64,000 nucleotides of DNA from Narcine bancroftii (GCF_036971445.1 NC_091481.1:64232001-64296000); one strand, 5' to 3'. Positions 12,497-25,473 are shown, numbered from the stretch's first letter. The notes: generated by a model from the sequence alone, not told the origin. Numbers and translations: made by a program.

Positions 12497-13633
12497 CTGC
12501 AGAGTTAAACAAATATTCATTAGTGTGTTAAACCTTTTTAACAGTGCATGCAGATCAAATGATAACTATTACCATTCGAGGAGCCTTTCAAATAGCAAGT
12601 GTACATTTAGCCATTGACTTCACAGGGGGAGGGGATAGCTCTCTGAATGGAGAGGGAACCGTATGGAGAGCTGGAGGAAAGGAGACAGATAGGGAAAGAG
12701 AGAGAGACAGAGAGACAGGAGAGGGGCCTACGTAAACTGGAGAAGTTGATGTTAATGCCATCTTGTTGGAAAGTGCCCAGGCAACAGATTAAGGTTCTGA
12801 TTTGCAGGTGCTTTACATCCTTGCGAGGGGCAACCACCCTCTGAGTGATCAAGTTCTTCCTCAGATGCTCTCTAAACCACTGTCCAAGGTGAAGGCAGGT
12901 ACTCCCAAGAAGTTTCCAGACAAGCTCCTGAGCAGAAAGCCCTGAAAAAGGTCATGGACACAGCCCCAAACCCTCCCTACCATCGAGATCATCTACAGGG
13001 AATGTTGCTGTCGGAGAGTAGCAGCAATCATCAAGGATCCACACCACCCACCACACGCTGTCTCACCGTTCATCAGGAAAGAGGTATCGGTGCCACAAGA
13101 CTCGCACCACCAGGTTCAGGAACAGCTGCTCCCCCTCCACCATCAGACTCCTCAACGACAAACTAAATCAGGACTCGTTTAAGGACTCTCACTTTTGCAC
13201 TTTTTTTTCCTCCCCGTATTGCAGTTTGTTTACTTTTGCACTTAGTTTCTTTTTTTCACCATCAATAAGTGGTAATTCTGCCTGGCCCACAGGAAAAAGA
13301 ATCTCAGGGATGTATGTGATGTCATGTATGTACTCTGACAATAAATCTGAAATCTGAATTGGCAAGGTGTAGGAATTGGACTGAGAGCTGGTAGATGACA
13401 TTCAGGTGAAGAGGCCTTAAGGAGGTGAAGAGCCTGCTTCTGTGCGGTCAGGAAGCAGCAAATCCACAAAGGGGAGATCTACAACTGGTCCCCACTGAGA
13501 GAGAAGTGGGTGTGGGGGTGGGGGGTGGAAATGACTGATTCCTGCCACAGGGTAGGTGGAGGATGGTGGCAGGAATAGGGAGAGTGAATCCCAGAGTTTT
13601 CAACTTACAGCAAGACGGACAAGGGAAACTCAC

Positions 13634-13739
13634 GTGATGACGGGATCCTTGCAGGGTTGCAAGGACAAACAGCAGCAGTCAAAATCCTTGATAGCATCCT
13701 TGCTGAGCCGCAGAGACTGCGTCCCATAGCCTGAGACAG
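13634..13739 (-). CDS. NOSIP: NOSIP coding exon 2 (start of the U-box/RING-like region)
   Basis: actcag|(A)VSGYGTQSLRLSKDAIKDFDCCCLSLQPCKDPVI(T)|gtgagt, 106 nt. Confidence 0.97.
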
Positions 13740-15780
13740 CTGAGTGAAGAAAGAAGGAGAAGTCAGAGTCACTGGAGCCACATCCCTGCCCATCAAGGAA
13801 GCCCCACATCACTGGACAGGGGTCAATTCATGTCAGTACGAGAATAAGGTTTTATCGTCATATTTGCAACTACAATGTACAGATGCACCAAAGACCCTTC
13901 TGCAGCTACAGAGCAAGTAAGCTGCATCACCAGCAATCAGGCAAATTAAACTACAGTAAAGGTCCAAAAATCCACATACCAGAAATCCAACCACCCAAGT
14001 ATCAGGACTTTTTGAAGACTCTCCAAATTTTTCATTTTAGCGGCTTTAGTGGCAACAAATTACCATGCTTAATACAGGTAATCTTATCACAAAGAAATTC
14101 ATTTGTACAAAGTTCATTTTTAAGCGTAATTAGAAGGTTGAGGGGGGGGGGGGATTTGATAGAGGTATTTAAAAGTATGAAGGGAATAGATAGAGTAGAT
14201 GTGAATAGGCTCTTTCCCCTGAGGGTAGGGGAGATTGGTACAAGGGGTCATAAGTTAAGGGTTGGGGGCAAAACTTTAGGAGTAATATAAGAGGATGCTT
14301 TTTCAGTCAGAGAGTGGTGGCTGAGTGGAATGATCTTCCGGAAGAAGTAGTTGCGGCAGGGTCAATTTTGGCATTTAAGAGGAGGTTGGATGAGTACATG
14401 GATGTGAGGGGGTTGGAGGGTTGTGGCCATGGGAGTGGGTAGATGGAACTGGTGGAGTTTCACGTAAATCGGTGCAGACTAGAAGGGCCAATATGGCCTG
14501 TTTCCGTACTGTAAATTGTTATATGGTTATATTTCAAGCATTACACGCCATTTTTTCATAGTGAAAACATTTTATGTTTATATTTTTTTATTTTTCTTTA
14601 AATCTACGCACTGATAAATAAAGCACGCTGTATTTGCAAATGAATAAACTATATAAATGTACCTGTTCATCTCTTCATTATTCCTCCTTAAATTTGAATT
14701 TTAAAAGTACCACCTGAGAATCCGGACCGACCCTAATTCCCAAGAAGTCCGGATTTTCATATTTCGACTGTACCACAACATGCCGTGAGACAGATGAAAG
14801 ATAATAAATATAAAGGATAAATATATAAACAGATAAGAGGAGACCATTCAGCCTCTCAAATCTACATTGAGATCTTGGCTATTTGACCATTGTAAATTAT
14901 CCCTGATGACGTGCGAACTCCACATCGAAAGCATCCGAAGTCAGAATAAAACTGGACCACAGAATTTGCACAGGAGTAATACCACTGACTGCCATTTAGG
15001 AATAATGAACTCAAACTTCCCAGCTGACTCAAACTCATCCCTAAATCAACATCCAGTAACTTAACCATCTGCCCACAGTACCCTATTGCAGCTGTGCTGC
15101 CAATGTTGGTATGGTGCAGCTAATTGCTGTATCTCAAATACCATATACACTCAAGTTCTTAGGACCAAATTTTTTTGGGTCAAATTTGGTGGGGGGGTTG
15201 ACTTTTACAGGGGTCATACTTTTGACCATGGCATGTACCTGCATTGTTGAAGATGTCGGGAGCTCGAATGACTGAGATAGGGTGGTAAGTCCACGTTTCA
15301 CGGCTCAGGAGTTCGGATGGGCAGGCAGCCAGGGCCTAGAAGAGAGCCTGTTGCTGCATCAATGGGACTTCCATTTGGAGGGCGGCCGGGGCAAGGATCC
15401 ATGGTGGGAGTGTCAGGAGCTAGGATGGACAGATGGCCGGGGCAAGGATCCACGGTTGGGGTGTTGGGAGCTCCACTAAACGGGTAGACAGGCGGACAGA
15501 GCGAGGATCTGTAGTCAGGGTGTCGGGAGCGCCGCTGGGTGGGCAGACGGGGAGAAGATCCACGGTCGGGACATCCAGAGCTCAGATGGCCAGGCAGTCA
15601 GATGTTGGGGCCTCTGGTGGGACAGGCAGCCAGGGTGAGGGGTCATGATGTCAGGAGCTCAGATAGGTGGGCAGCGGGGCCAAAAATAAAGGGGTTGACT
15701 TTTACACAGATAATACGGAAAACGCATGATTTTTGGGCCATAAAAACAGGGGATCGACTATTACACAAATGTGTACAGTA

Positions 15781-16650
15781 CATCAGTGATCTGGATGATA
15801 AAGTGGTAAATTGGATCAAAAGGTTTTCAGATGACACAAAGATAGAAGGCATCGTGAATAGTGACAAAAGCTTGCAAAAGGATCTGGACCAGCTGGTAAA
15901 ATGGCAGATGGAATTTAATGAGATGTTACATTTTAGAAGGACAAATCAAGGTAGAACATACACAGTAAATAGTAGGGCACTGAGGAGTGCGGTAGAACAA
16001 AGGGATCTTGGAATACACATACATAATTCATTGAAAGTAGTGTCACAGGTAGATAGGGTTGTAAAGAGAGCTTTGGCACATTGGCCTTCATAAATCAAAT
16101 TATTGAGTATAGGAGTTGGGATGTTATGGCAAAGTTGTACCAGACATTGGTGAGGCCAAATTTGTAGGATTGTGTGCAGTTTGGTCACCGAACTACAGGA
16201 AAAATATCAATAAGATTGAAAGAGTGCAGATAAAATTTACTAGGATGTTATCGTGACTTCAGAAACTGAGTTACAGGGAAAGATTAAACATGTTAGGACT
16301 TTATTCCCTGGAGTGTAGAAGAATGGAAATTTTACCAGAGGTCTCCACAATTATGAGGGGTATAGGTAGAGTAAAACCAAGTCGGCTTTTTCCACTGAAA
16401 TTAGGTGAGATACAAACCAGACGTCATGGGTTTAAGAATGAAAGGGGAAAAGTTTAGGGGGAACATTAGGGGAACCTCTTCACACAGAGTGGTGCGGGTG
16501 TGGAATGAGCTGACAGTTGAAGTGGTGAATGCAGCCTCAATTTTCACAATGAAGAAGAATTTGGACAAGTACATGGATGGGCTACCGACTGGGCAGAATA
16601 ATAGTTCACCACAGACCAGAAGGGCCTGTTTGTGCTGTAATATTCTATGG
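15781..16650 (+). mobile_element. CR1-type LINE 3' fragment
   Basis: Degenerate RT C-terminus (FSDDTKIEG, QRDLGIHIHNSLKV) with stops and frameshifts. Confidence 0.85.
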
Positions 16651-17040
16651 TGCTAAGAGAAAAGAACAAGCCAACAAGATATTTTTGCCGTCATCCATAA
16701 CGTCATCTCCTATCCTGGGAACAGCAGCAAAGTGGATTCAAGTTGCAGGAAATCTAGGCATTTTTGAGCTTTGCCAGTCATGTCCAATTCAAAGCCCACC
16801 CTTCAATACCTCCCTCATCAGTCAGTGGTCATCTCTCACTTGACCCGGTTATATTTATTATCTCTTTTTCTGTCTCGTGGGGCTCTGTTGTTGGTGCACC
16901 TTGCATACCAGTGTGCCTGCAGCAAGGAAGAATTACTGTGCATCCATACTTTGCACTTGTGTACATGACAATAAATTCTCATACCATATCAACATCTTAA
17001 ATCACCCCTTGTGATGCAGCCTCTCCTGCAGTCCGAGTAC

Positions 17041-17110
17041 CTGTGTCTTTCTTCTTCTCATAATACGTGTACACGGCCCCTGCTGTGCAGTTCTTTCCAT
17101 GCCTCGTCAT
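17041..17110 (-). CDS. NOSIP: NOSIP coding exon 1 (start codon)
   Basis: MTRHGKNCTAGAVYTYYEKKKDT(A)|gtactc, 70 nt. An acceptor (cctttcag) at 17154-17161 implies an upstream non-coding exon. The eight exons sum to 885 nt = 294 aa + stop. Confidence 0.97.
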
Positions 17111-17199
17111 CACTCACACACCAGCCTTGGCTTACTCCTGCTGTGGGATTAATCTGAAAGGATAAACCAGTAACGATGGAACAACAAGGCCCATCTTGC

Positions 17200-17325
17200 T
17201 CCTCTCCTCATCCAATCACGTCAGTGTACCATCTTTCCTCATCCAATCATCTCAGCACACCCATCGCTTCATCCAATCACGTCAACACGCCCTTCACTTC
17301 ATCCAATCATGTAAGCCCACTCCTC
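17200..17325. repeat. Four degenerate ~30-bp tandem units, each with TCATCCAATCA
   Basis: CCAAT at 17212, 17243, 17273 and 17303. Confidence 0.85.
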
Positions 17326-20300
17326 TCAGATTTATTGTCAAAGTACATACAACCCTGCTGTTGGGTTGGAAGTTTACTACTTATTGGTAGTGCAAACTGT
17401 ACTCAAGAAGATACATATATATGTAAACAAGTAAAGAAATGTAAACAAACTGTGTGCAACACAGAGAGAGGAAAAAAATCAATAAAGTGAGAGTCCTTAA
17501 ATGAATCCCTGATTGAGTTTGTCATTGAGGAGTCTGATGGTGGAGGGGGAAGCAGCTGTTCCTGAACCTGGTGGGTGCGAGTCTCGTGGCCCCGATACCT
17601 CTTTCCTGATAGCAGCAACGAGAACAGAGCATGTGCCGGGTGGATGGGGATCCGTGATGATTGCTACTGCTCTCCGTCGGCAGCGTTCCCCATAGATGTT
17701 CTCGATGGTGGGGAGGGTTTTGCCTGTGATGTCCTGGGATGAGTCTCAGAGAAAGATGATGGGGCACAATGCATGGCCCGGCAATGGTTGGGTTCCAAGG
17801 GTACCAGATGTTGAAAGGCGTGGACAGAGTAGATGTAGAAAGGTTGTTTCCTGTGGTGGGTGTGTCTAGAACAAGAGGGCACAACTTCAGGATTGAAGGG
17901 CATCCGCTCAGAACAGAAATGCAGAGGAATTTTTTTTAAGCCAGAGGGTAGTAAATCTGTGAAAATTGTTGTCACAGGCGATTGTGGAGACCGGGACACT
18001 AGGTGTATTTAAGGCAGAGATTGATAGCCAGGGCATCAAAGGTTATGGGGCTGAATTGGGAAAATGGATCAGCTCATGATTAAATGGCGGGGCAGACTTG
18101 ATGGCCTGAATGGCCTATTTCTGCTCCTATGTCTTAACAGAAACATTAATTGAGAACCAAACACAAAAGCACCTGAAGTACTTCATGTAAAATAAATGTT
18201 TTGAATAAACCAAGATGCCAAAAAGTACAAACTGGACATTTGTGGGTCTTATTCAAGATATCTAGTTTATGTTTGTTTTAATCAAGCAACATCAGGTGAG
18301 GATGATCTCCTGCCTCCGCTGCCGAGTTGATGTCTCATCTAAAAGACTGTAGCTCTGATGAGGGTGGTGATCCCAGAGAACTGAATGAAGAACATTATTT
18401 CCAGAGCACCATACAGGCTCTTTGAAGAAAAATCCAGTTAGCCCAGTTTTCTTCCTCTTTGCTCAGGACCCTCTGAAGTGCCTGGGTGAAACGCAAAAAC
18501 TTGCAGTCGCTGCAATTGTGATGAAGACACAGACGTTGCTGGAGGAGTTCAGCAGGTCTTGCAGGGTTTATATACAGTTACTCCTCAACTTACATCTGTG
18601 CTCCGTTCTGGCCAACCGGTTGTAGCTTGCAACAGACGCATGTCGGAATTGTACTGTGTCTGCGTTATAGTTCGTTAAATTCAACATGATAGCCAGCTCT
18701 CGCAAGAGGTTGGCCACCGCTGCCAACCACTATTTTCCATAGATAGGCCGACTTTCACCCATAAACGCGTAATTTTTATTCTTTTTTTTAATATAAAAAG
18801 AATTTTGGTCAAATGTACGCATGGCCTCAAGTTGCATAGGTGGTACGTTGGGGAATACCTGTAATACTGACATTTCAGGCCTGAGCCCTTCTTCAAGGTG
18901 TAACTAAAAAGCAGGCAGATGAAATTAGAGGAAAGGGCAGGGGGAGCAGTGCAAACCAAATGACAAACATAATTGGATATAGAGAGGAGGCCAGGTGAAA
19001 ATTGATATGCGGGGAGGGGGGGGTTCTCTGTGAATGCAGAGCTGGGGTGAAAGGAAACAGAGCTAAAGGAAAGGAAACATAGGGAAAGATGGGGGCAGGG
19101 GGAGGGGAAACCGGAGAAGTCGATGTTAATGTCATCAGTTGGAGGATGCCCAGATGGAATATTAGGTGTTCCTCCTCCGATTTACAAGTGGCCTTGGTTT
19201 GAAAGAATACAGGCAGACATGTCAGCGCAGGAGTGGAGCGCAGAACTGGAATGCCCACAGTGAGGTCCCAGTCACTGATGCGGGCAGAGCGAAGGTGCTC
19301 AGCGAAGCGATCTCCCAGTCTGCGTCCAGTCTCCCCGATGTTTTGGTCACCTAACTACAGAAAGGGAATATCAAATAACGCAGAGATTTACTAGGATGTT
19401 GCCCAGATTTCAGGGACTGAGTTACAGGGAAAGGTTAAACATTTTAACCTGGAGCATAGAAGAATGAGGGGAGATTTGATAGAGGTATTTAAAATTATGA
19501 GAAGGATAGACGGAGTAAATGTAGATAAGCTTTTTCCCCCCACTGAGGTTGGGTAAGATTCAAACAAGAAGATGTGGGTTCAGGGGATGATGGGCTCTAT
19601 CAATAACCACAAAGTCATAGGCTGCAGGAACAATCAGCTTTTAATGCACACAAGACTTTGGCTGGCCCAGATCCAGGTACAGGACTGCAGGGAAAGGGCG
19701 AGGTAATGCGAGCTTTATGGCCAGGGCAAAAGGGGATGAGTCATTAGTGGGCGGACCAGCCTCGTATATAAATAAAGGTGACATGACTTAATTGTAAACC
19801 TGGACTTCTTTTTAATTGATGAATCAGTGTGAAATAGCCTGGGCGAGAATTATCTGGCGATGAATGGCCAGGAGCAGGTGGAAGTAACTCGTTACCTCGT
19901 AACTGGTAAGGGCTATACAATGGAGGAAAATCTATCAGTGAAGGGGGAACTTCTTCGGACGGAGAATGGCGGTGGAACAAGCTTCCAGCTGATGTGGTAA
20001 ACGCAGGCTCGATTTGAACATTTAAGGGAGATTTGGACAGGACCATGGATGGGAGGGGTACGGAGGGCAGGTCAGTGGGACTAAGTAAGACTCAGCATCA
20101 GGACCGAAGTGGCCCTGTTTCGCTGCTGTAATGTAGAAAAGGCCACACCGGGAGTACTGGACCCCGAATTTCGTGACAAGTTCATGACAAGAAATTTTGA
20201 TTCTGGAAAAACCTCCTTTAATCAGAACAACCCCAACTTCTCCATTCCAACCAAGCCAGTGAAAACCCCAGTGCAGAGGCTAAAGTATGCATTCCATCAA

Positions 20301-20378
20301 TGAAATATTTATTATTGAACCAGAGAAAGAGGCCGTTCAGCCCATCGTGCCTGTGATGGTAGAATCTTCTCTGCCCAA

Positions 20379-20578
20379 NNNNNNNNNNNNNNNNNNNNNN
20401 NNNNNNNNNNNNNNNNNNNNNNNNNNNNNNNNNNNNNNNNNNNNNNNNNNNNNNNNNNNNNNNNNNNNNNNNNNNNNNNNNNNNNNNNNNNNNNNNNNNN
20501 NNNNNNNNNNNNNNNNNNNNNNNNNNNNNNNNNNNNNNNNNNNNNNNNNNNNNNNNNNNNNNNNNNNNNNNNNNNNNN
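20379..20578. other. Assembly gap (200 N)
   Basis: Run of exactly 200 N between NOSIP and PRRG2. Confidence 1.
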
Positions 20579-21089
20579 TGGACAAGAGGAGACTTGATAG
20601 AGGTCTGCAAGATTATGAGAGGCATGGATAGGGTGGATGGCCAGCACCTATTTCCCTGGGCAGGATTAGCAAATACCAGTGGACATCTGTACAAAGTTGA
20701 AGGAGGGATGTTCAGGTATAGGTTTTTTTTATGCAGAGTTGTGGGAGCCTGGAATGCCTTGCTGGGGATGGTGGTGGAGGCTGAAGCATTCGTGGGGACA
20801 TTTAAGAGACTCTTAGACAGACACATGGATGGAAGAAAAATAGAGGATTACGCGGTAGGGAGGGTTTAGTACATTTTTTTTAGGAAGGAATATATGGGTC
20901 GGCACAACATCAAAGGTCAAAGGGCCTGTACTGTGCTGTATTGTTCTATGTTCTCTTTCTGATGTTGGTTGCCTTCTTAATGCCATGCCTCGCCACTCGA
21001 ACTCCCAAACCATGCAGTGATACAACTAATCGGTGTACTTTCCACTCCTGAATGACTGGGTGAGCTTCAGCTTGACTTGAATCAAGGAA

Positions 21090-21390
21090 TCCTTGGTTCA
21101 CTTCTCCGGAGTGGGACTTTGACTGAAGTGTCGATGTGTGCTGAGAGAGCACCATATTGTTGAACAGTTGCCTTCAGTTGAGGCATTAACACTGAACCCC
21201 ATCTCCTCTAGGCACTGTCTGGTGAGTTCCTGTTGATGTAGATGTTTTTTCCCAGCAATCAGCATTGCTTGTGGGATCCTACTGTGCATAAAACATGGTC
21301 CATGGCAAGATCCCATTAGAGTACGACAGTGGCTAGGTGTCAAAAATACTTTGACTGTGGGGCATCCTGAGGTCATGTACAAATCTGAGT
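21090..21390 (+). mobile_element. Ancient Deu-domain SINE remnant (SacSINE/AmnSINE-like)
   Basis: ttgcttgtgggatcctactgtgcata and gcatcctgaggtcatg resemble the recalled Deu-SINE core; similar cores at ~11720 and ~38675. Confidence 0.45.
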
Positions 21391-22039
21391 GGGTTTTTGT
21401 TTAGTTCAGGTACAGAATGGAAGCCCTATCCTTGGGCAGGAGTTCCCCAGGGCGATTGTACAAGTTCTTCAGTTATATTTTACTGTTTTGGTGACTCATT
21501 CCAATATCCTGTTGGCTTATTGATTAGCCACGCTGCATTATTTGCTGACTTTTGAGCTTAAATTGCTGTCAAACTTGCAATGTTCACCAGGTATTAACTT
21601 GAGGAGACAACAAGTTGATTTAATTGTTGAAAGTTCACAATGATATTCCTCCTTTCCTGTCCTTTGGGACTCTCGGGATGCTACAGCAGCCAAATTTTAG
21701 TTCTACTTCGGAATCCTGGCAACTAATCAGTCTTTTAGAAAGCTCTCATGGTGTGTTGTTACAGAAGGCAGTTAATGTGCTTTGGAGGATATTGGCAACA
21801 CAATCTTTTAATGTTCAGTCAAGCTTCTACATCTGGAGACCTCCAAGATGTACCAAACTATTGGATTTTGCTGCTTTTGATATGCTGAGACACATTTGAT
21901 TCATTCTTTGTAAAATGTTTCATAGAGGGATATGTTTTACAGAGAGTGGGTGTGTTGATGGGATGCGGGGAATGGGGTCCCCGGTGCGTTTGACGGGGAA
22001 CAGGGTCCCCGGTACAGTGACGGGGATCATGGTCTCTGG

Positions 22040-22480
22040 GGTGTGGGAAAGGGGTCCCCATGCAGGTCCCATTACACTGTCGGGAAACTGCAGACATAGT
22101 GGAGATGCTGAACAAAGCGATCTCCCAGTCTGTGGCCAGTTTCTCCGATGTAGAGGAGACCACAAGGGAGCACCGGATGCAGTAGAGATGTCCACTGCAG
22201 ATTCACAAGTGTTGCTTCCCTTGGAAGGACTGTTTGGGTCCCCGAATGTTGGTGAGGGAGGAGGTGTGGGTGCAAGTGGAGTATCTCCTGTGGTCAAAGG
22301 GTAGGTGCTATGTAGGTAATATATCTTTATCTCTTGTACCTTGATGAAGGCCTCAAGCCTGAAATGTTGGTTCTGTATCTTTATCTTTGCTCTATAAAGT
22401 CCACTCTTTGACCTGCTGAGTTTCTCCAGCGTCGTCTTTTTACTTCAATCACTGTGTCTGCAGACTTTTGTGTTTTACTT
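22040..22480 (-). mobile_element. Penelope-like retroelement fragment (GIY-YIG)
   Basis: Minus-strand CGLLYIGETGHRLGDRFVQHL. Related pieces at ~18870-19340 (IGETGRRLGDRFAEHL; KSEEEHLIFHLG), ~26305-26650 and ~54460-54835. Confidence 0.8.
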
Positions 22481-23039
22481 AAATGTGCTGTGGGCCCTGG
22501 CGGGGGGGGGGGGGGGAAGGGGGGGGTGGTGCCCTCATTGATAATGGCTGCTCCAAATGTTGGCAGTTTCCAACTCCCCCCGTCGAGGGCCCAACTCTAA
22601 CAGCAGAGGTGAGAAGCATCCAAACACACTTGTTCATCACTTTCACCTCTCCTTCCATGTGTGCCCTCCATTCAGTGCGAGAATCGTGATGTCTGAACGT
22701 TGAAGGGTTACCCAAAGTGACTGCGGGGATAGACAGCAGGGTCAGGAAGTCGAGTCATGGTACCGCTGGCTGCACACCAACTTGCCGTCAATGTTGAAGG
22801 AAGCTTTTCAGTTTGTTTATACTGAATCAGCTGACAGGGACTGTCGAGGAAGTGCCTTGGTGGGTGTGACTACACAAAACACAAACTGCAAGTTCTACAG
22901 TTTCTCTGGTACTGAATTTAAGACGATTTCCCCTCATACCACCCTGACTTCATCATCACCACCAGGAACCCTCTTCAACAACACTGAGGGAGCCCCTTCA
23001 CCAGGACGACTGACTGCAAGACCTGGGTACAGAAGCCAT

Positions 23040-23345
23040 TTGGCCAATCGAGGTCTGCTGTGCTATTCAAATTGTGCCTGAAGTATTTTCCCTCAACCCA
23101 ATTCTCCTGCCTTCTCTCCGTAACCTTTGAGACCCTCAGGACTCCAAAACCTCAGCTTTAAATATCCCCAATAATCTTCTGCCACACACAATGAAGGAAG
23201 TAACAGGATGTAACTTCCAGAAATTCGCCCAATTAGAGTTGGCCGGGTGACTGGGAGATCCTTCCTCCATGGAGCGGAGTGGTGGATTGGCGTTTCTTGG
23301 ATAGAAGGATCAGTTAACTTCAGGGACCTAGGAGAGCGGTGGGTG
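23040..23345. promoter_or_regulatory. Candidate PRRG2 (possibly PRRG2/NOSIP bidirectional) promoter
   Basis: CCAAT/ATTGG boxes near 23044, 23229 and 23286, and opposed ETS cores (GGAAGT ~23196, ACTTCC ~23213), just upstream of the PRRG2 start exon. The two genes are head-to-head. Confidence 0.35.
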
Positions 23346-23448
23346 AGTGTGTTGGGGAGGATAACTGTATTTTGTTTTTTTTTTTGTCTCCAAGAGGAAG
23401 CCTGCTCCACTCACAACCTCGTGCTGCCTGGTCCGAAGAGGCTCCAGC

Positions 23449-23509
23449 ATGGTCCCTGACAGTTACCTGTACCTTGCCTTTGTGTCATGGGCACTGGCCC
23501 ACACCTGTG
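23449..23509 (+). CDS. PRRG2: PRRG2 coding exon 1 (signal peptide)
   Basis: Polypyrimidine acceptor ending at 23394, Kozak ccagcATGG, MVPDSYLYLAFVSWALAHTC, then G|gtgagg. Phase 1 joins the next exon as GTG (Val). Confidence 0.75.
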
Positions 23510-24701
23510 GTGAGGCACGGGCACTGACGCGGGGAGAAGGTGGGTGCACCAGCCATAAATAACAGCTCTCAGTAATCCTGGGATGTCAACAGGGAAATGT
23601 AGTTTGTGCTGTCCCAATAAAAGTTCCTTCCCATTGTGATGTATCCCCAAGAATGCCAGTTTAACTCATCACATTGATTTCTGTTGGCCTCTATAAAATG
23701 ATGTAGCACACAAGAACGTAAGAAGTAGAAGCAGGAGATGGCCTTTCAGCCTGTCGAACCTGCTCTCCCATTCAATGAGATCATGGCTGATCTGATGATG
23801 GGCTCATCTCCACCTTCCTGCCTTTTTCCCCATATCCCTTAATTCCCCAACTATGTAAAAATCTATCCAACCTTGTCTTAATTATATTTACTGAGGTCGC
23901 CTCCACTGCTTCAATGGGCATCGAATTCCACAGATTCACCACCCTCTGGGAGAAGCAGTTCCTCCTCATCTCCATCCTAAATCTACTACCCTGAATCTTG
24001 AGGCTATGTCCCGTAGTTCTGGTCTCTCCCACCAATGGAAACAACTTGCCTACCTCTCTTTCATAATTATATATGTTCAACAAGATCCCCTCTCATTCCA
24101 CCGAGAACAGTCCCAGACGACCCAATCTTTAATAGACTAATCCCCTCATCCCTGGAATCCCTGGTGAACCTCCTCTGCACCACTTCCAAAGCCAGTCCGT
24201 CCTTCCTCGAGTAAGGAGACCAGAACTTCACGCAGTGCTCCAGTACATTTGCAGAATAACCTCCCTGCTCCTAAATTCAAACAGACCCCTCTGCCATTGG
24301 GTGCACGCTGAACATTATGCACCCAGTTACCTTAATGCAACTTGAGCCTATTTTATTTTCTCAACATTTCCATTAACTCAAACTGCTCCCTCCTTAATTC
24401 TGCCCCTCACCTATACATTTACACCGGCCAACTAACCCACCAACTCATACATTATTTTGGGGGTGTAGAGAGGGTAATTAGTCGACCTGGGGGAAACCAA
24501 CACGGTCATGAAGAACGTGCAAACTCCACGCAGACAGCACATTTGAAATGAGGATTGAAAGTGGGTCCACTGGGAGCTGTGAGGAAGGGTACACACACAT
24601 CATTCCAGCCTACACTTCCCTCCTGAGTACAGGGAAAATGTTTGCTCATTGAGAATCCTTTCCATCCTTAACACCTCAACTGCTTTACGCAGATCTTTGG
24701 G

Positions 24702-25245
24702 TGAGGGGGGAGGGAGAGAGTGAGGGGGGGAGGGAGAGAGTGAGGGGGGGAGGGAGAGAGTGAGGGAGGAGGGAGAGAGTGAGGGGGGGGAGGGAGAGTG
24801 AGGGGGGGGAGGGAGAGAGTGAGGGGGGAGGGAGAGAGTGAGGGGGGAGGGAGAGAGTGAGGGGGGGAGGGAGAGAGTGAGGGGGGAGGGAGAGAGTGAG
24901 GGGGGAGGGAGAGAGTGAGGGGGGGAGGGAGTGAGTGAGGGGGAGGGAGAGAGAGGGGGGGAGGGAGAGAGTGAGGGGGGAGGGAGAGAGTGAGGGGGGA
25001 GGGAGAGAGTGAGGGGGAGGGAGAGAGTGAGGGGGGAGGGAGAGAGTGAGGGGGGAGGGAGAGAGTGAGGGGGGAGGGAGAGAGTGAGGGGGAGGGAGAG
25101 AGTGAGGGGGGAGGGAGAGAGAGAGAGGGAGGGGGGAGGGAGAGAGGGAGGGGGAAGGAGAGAGTGAGGGGGGAAGGAGAGAGTGAGGGGGGAGGGAGAG
25201 AGTGAGGGGGAGGGAGAGAGAGGGGGTAGGGAGAGAGAGAGAGAC
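24702..25245. repeat. Polypurine minisatellite, ~18-19 bp unit GAGGGGG(G)AGGGAGAGAGT
   Basis: About 540 bp of near-perfect tandem copies; the source of the P/S/L-rich minus-strand ORFs. Confidence 0.97.
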
Positions 25246-25309
25246 AAATGGAGATACACACTCTGGAACGTATGTTGTGATATTTGCAACTTTGTCTATT
25301 TGGTTTTAG

Positions 25310-25473
25310 TGTTTCTGGGGGAAAGTGAAGCCACTCTCTTTCTGAGTCGGAAACTACTGTACAACAGCTGGGATTTTGAACTCATCATCCCGGGAAACAT
25401 TGAGCGGGAATGCTACGAGGAAGTGTGCAATTTCGAGGAAGCTCACGAAGTTTTTGAGGACAACGAGAAGACG
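25310..25473 (+). CDS. PRRG2: PRRG2 coding exon 2 (propeptide + Gla domain)
   Basis: ttttag|(V)FLGESEATLFLSRKLLYNSWDFELIIPGNIERECYEEVCNFEEAHEVFEDNEKT|gtaggt; canonical vitamin K-dependent Gla domain with 10 Glu after the propeptide. Confidence 0.96.

Noticed and set aside
20218-20826. ORFs spanning the N run
   Set aside because: Artefacts of the assembly gap.
21520-21595. Alternative PRRG2 signal-peptide exon ending CAG|GTATT
   Set aside because: In the required phase there is an upstream stop and no ATG; 23449-23509 fits better.
24600-25289. Pro/Ser/Leu-rich ORFs of 229 and 197 aa
   Set aside because: Translations of the polypurine minisatellite.
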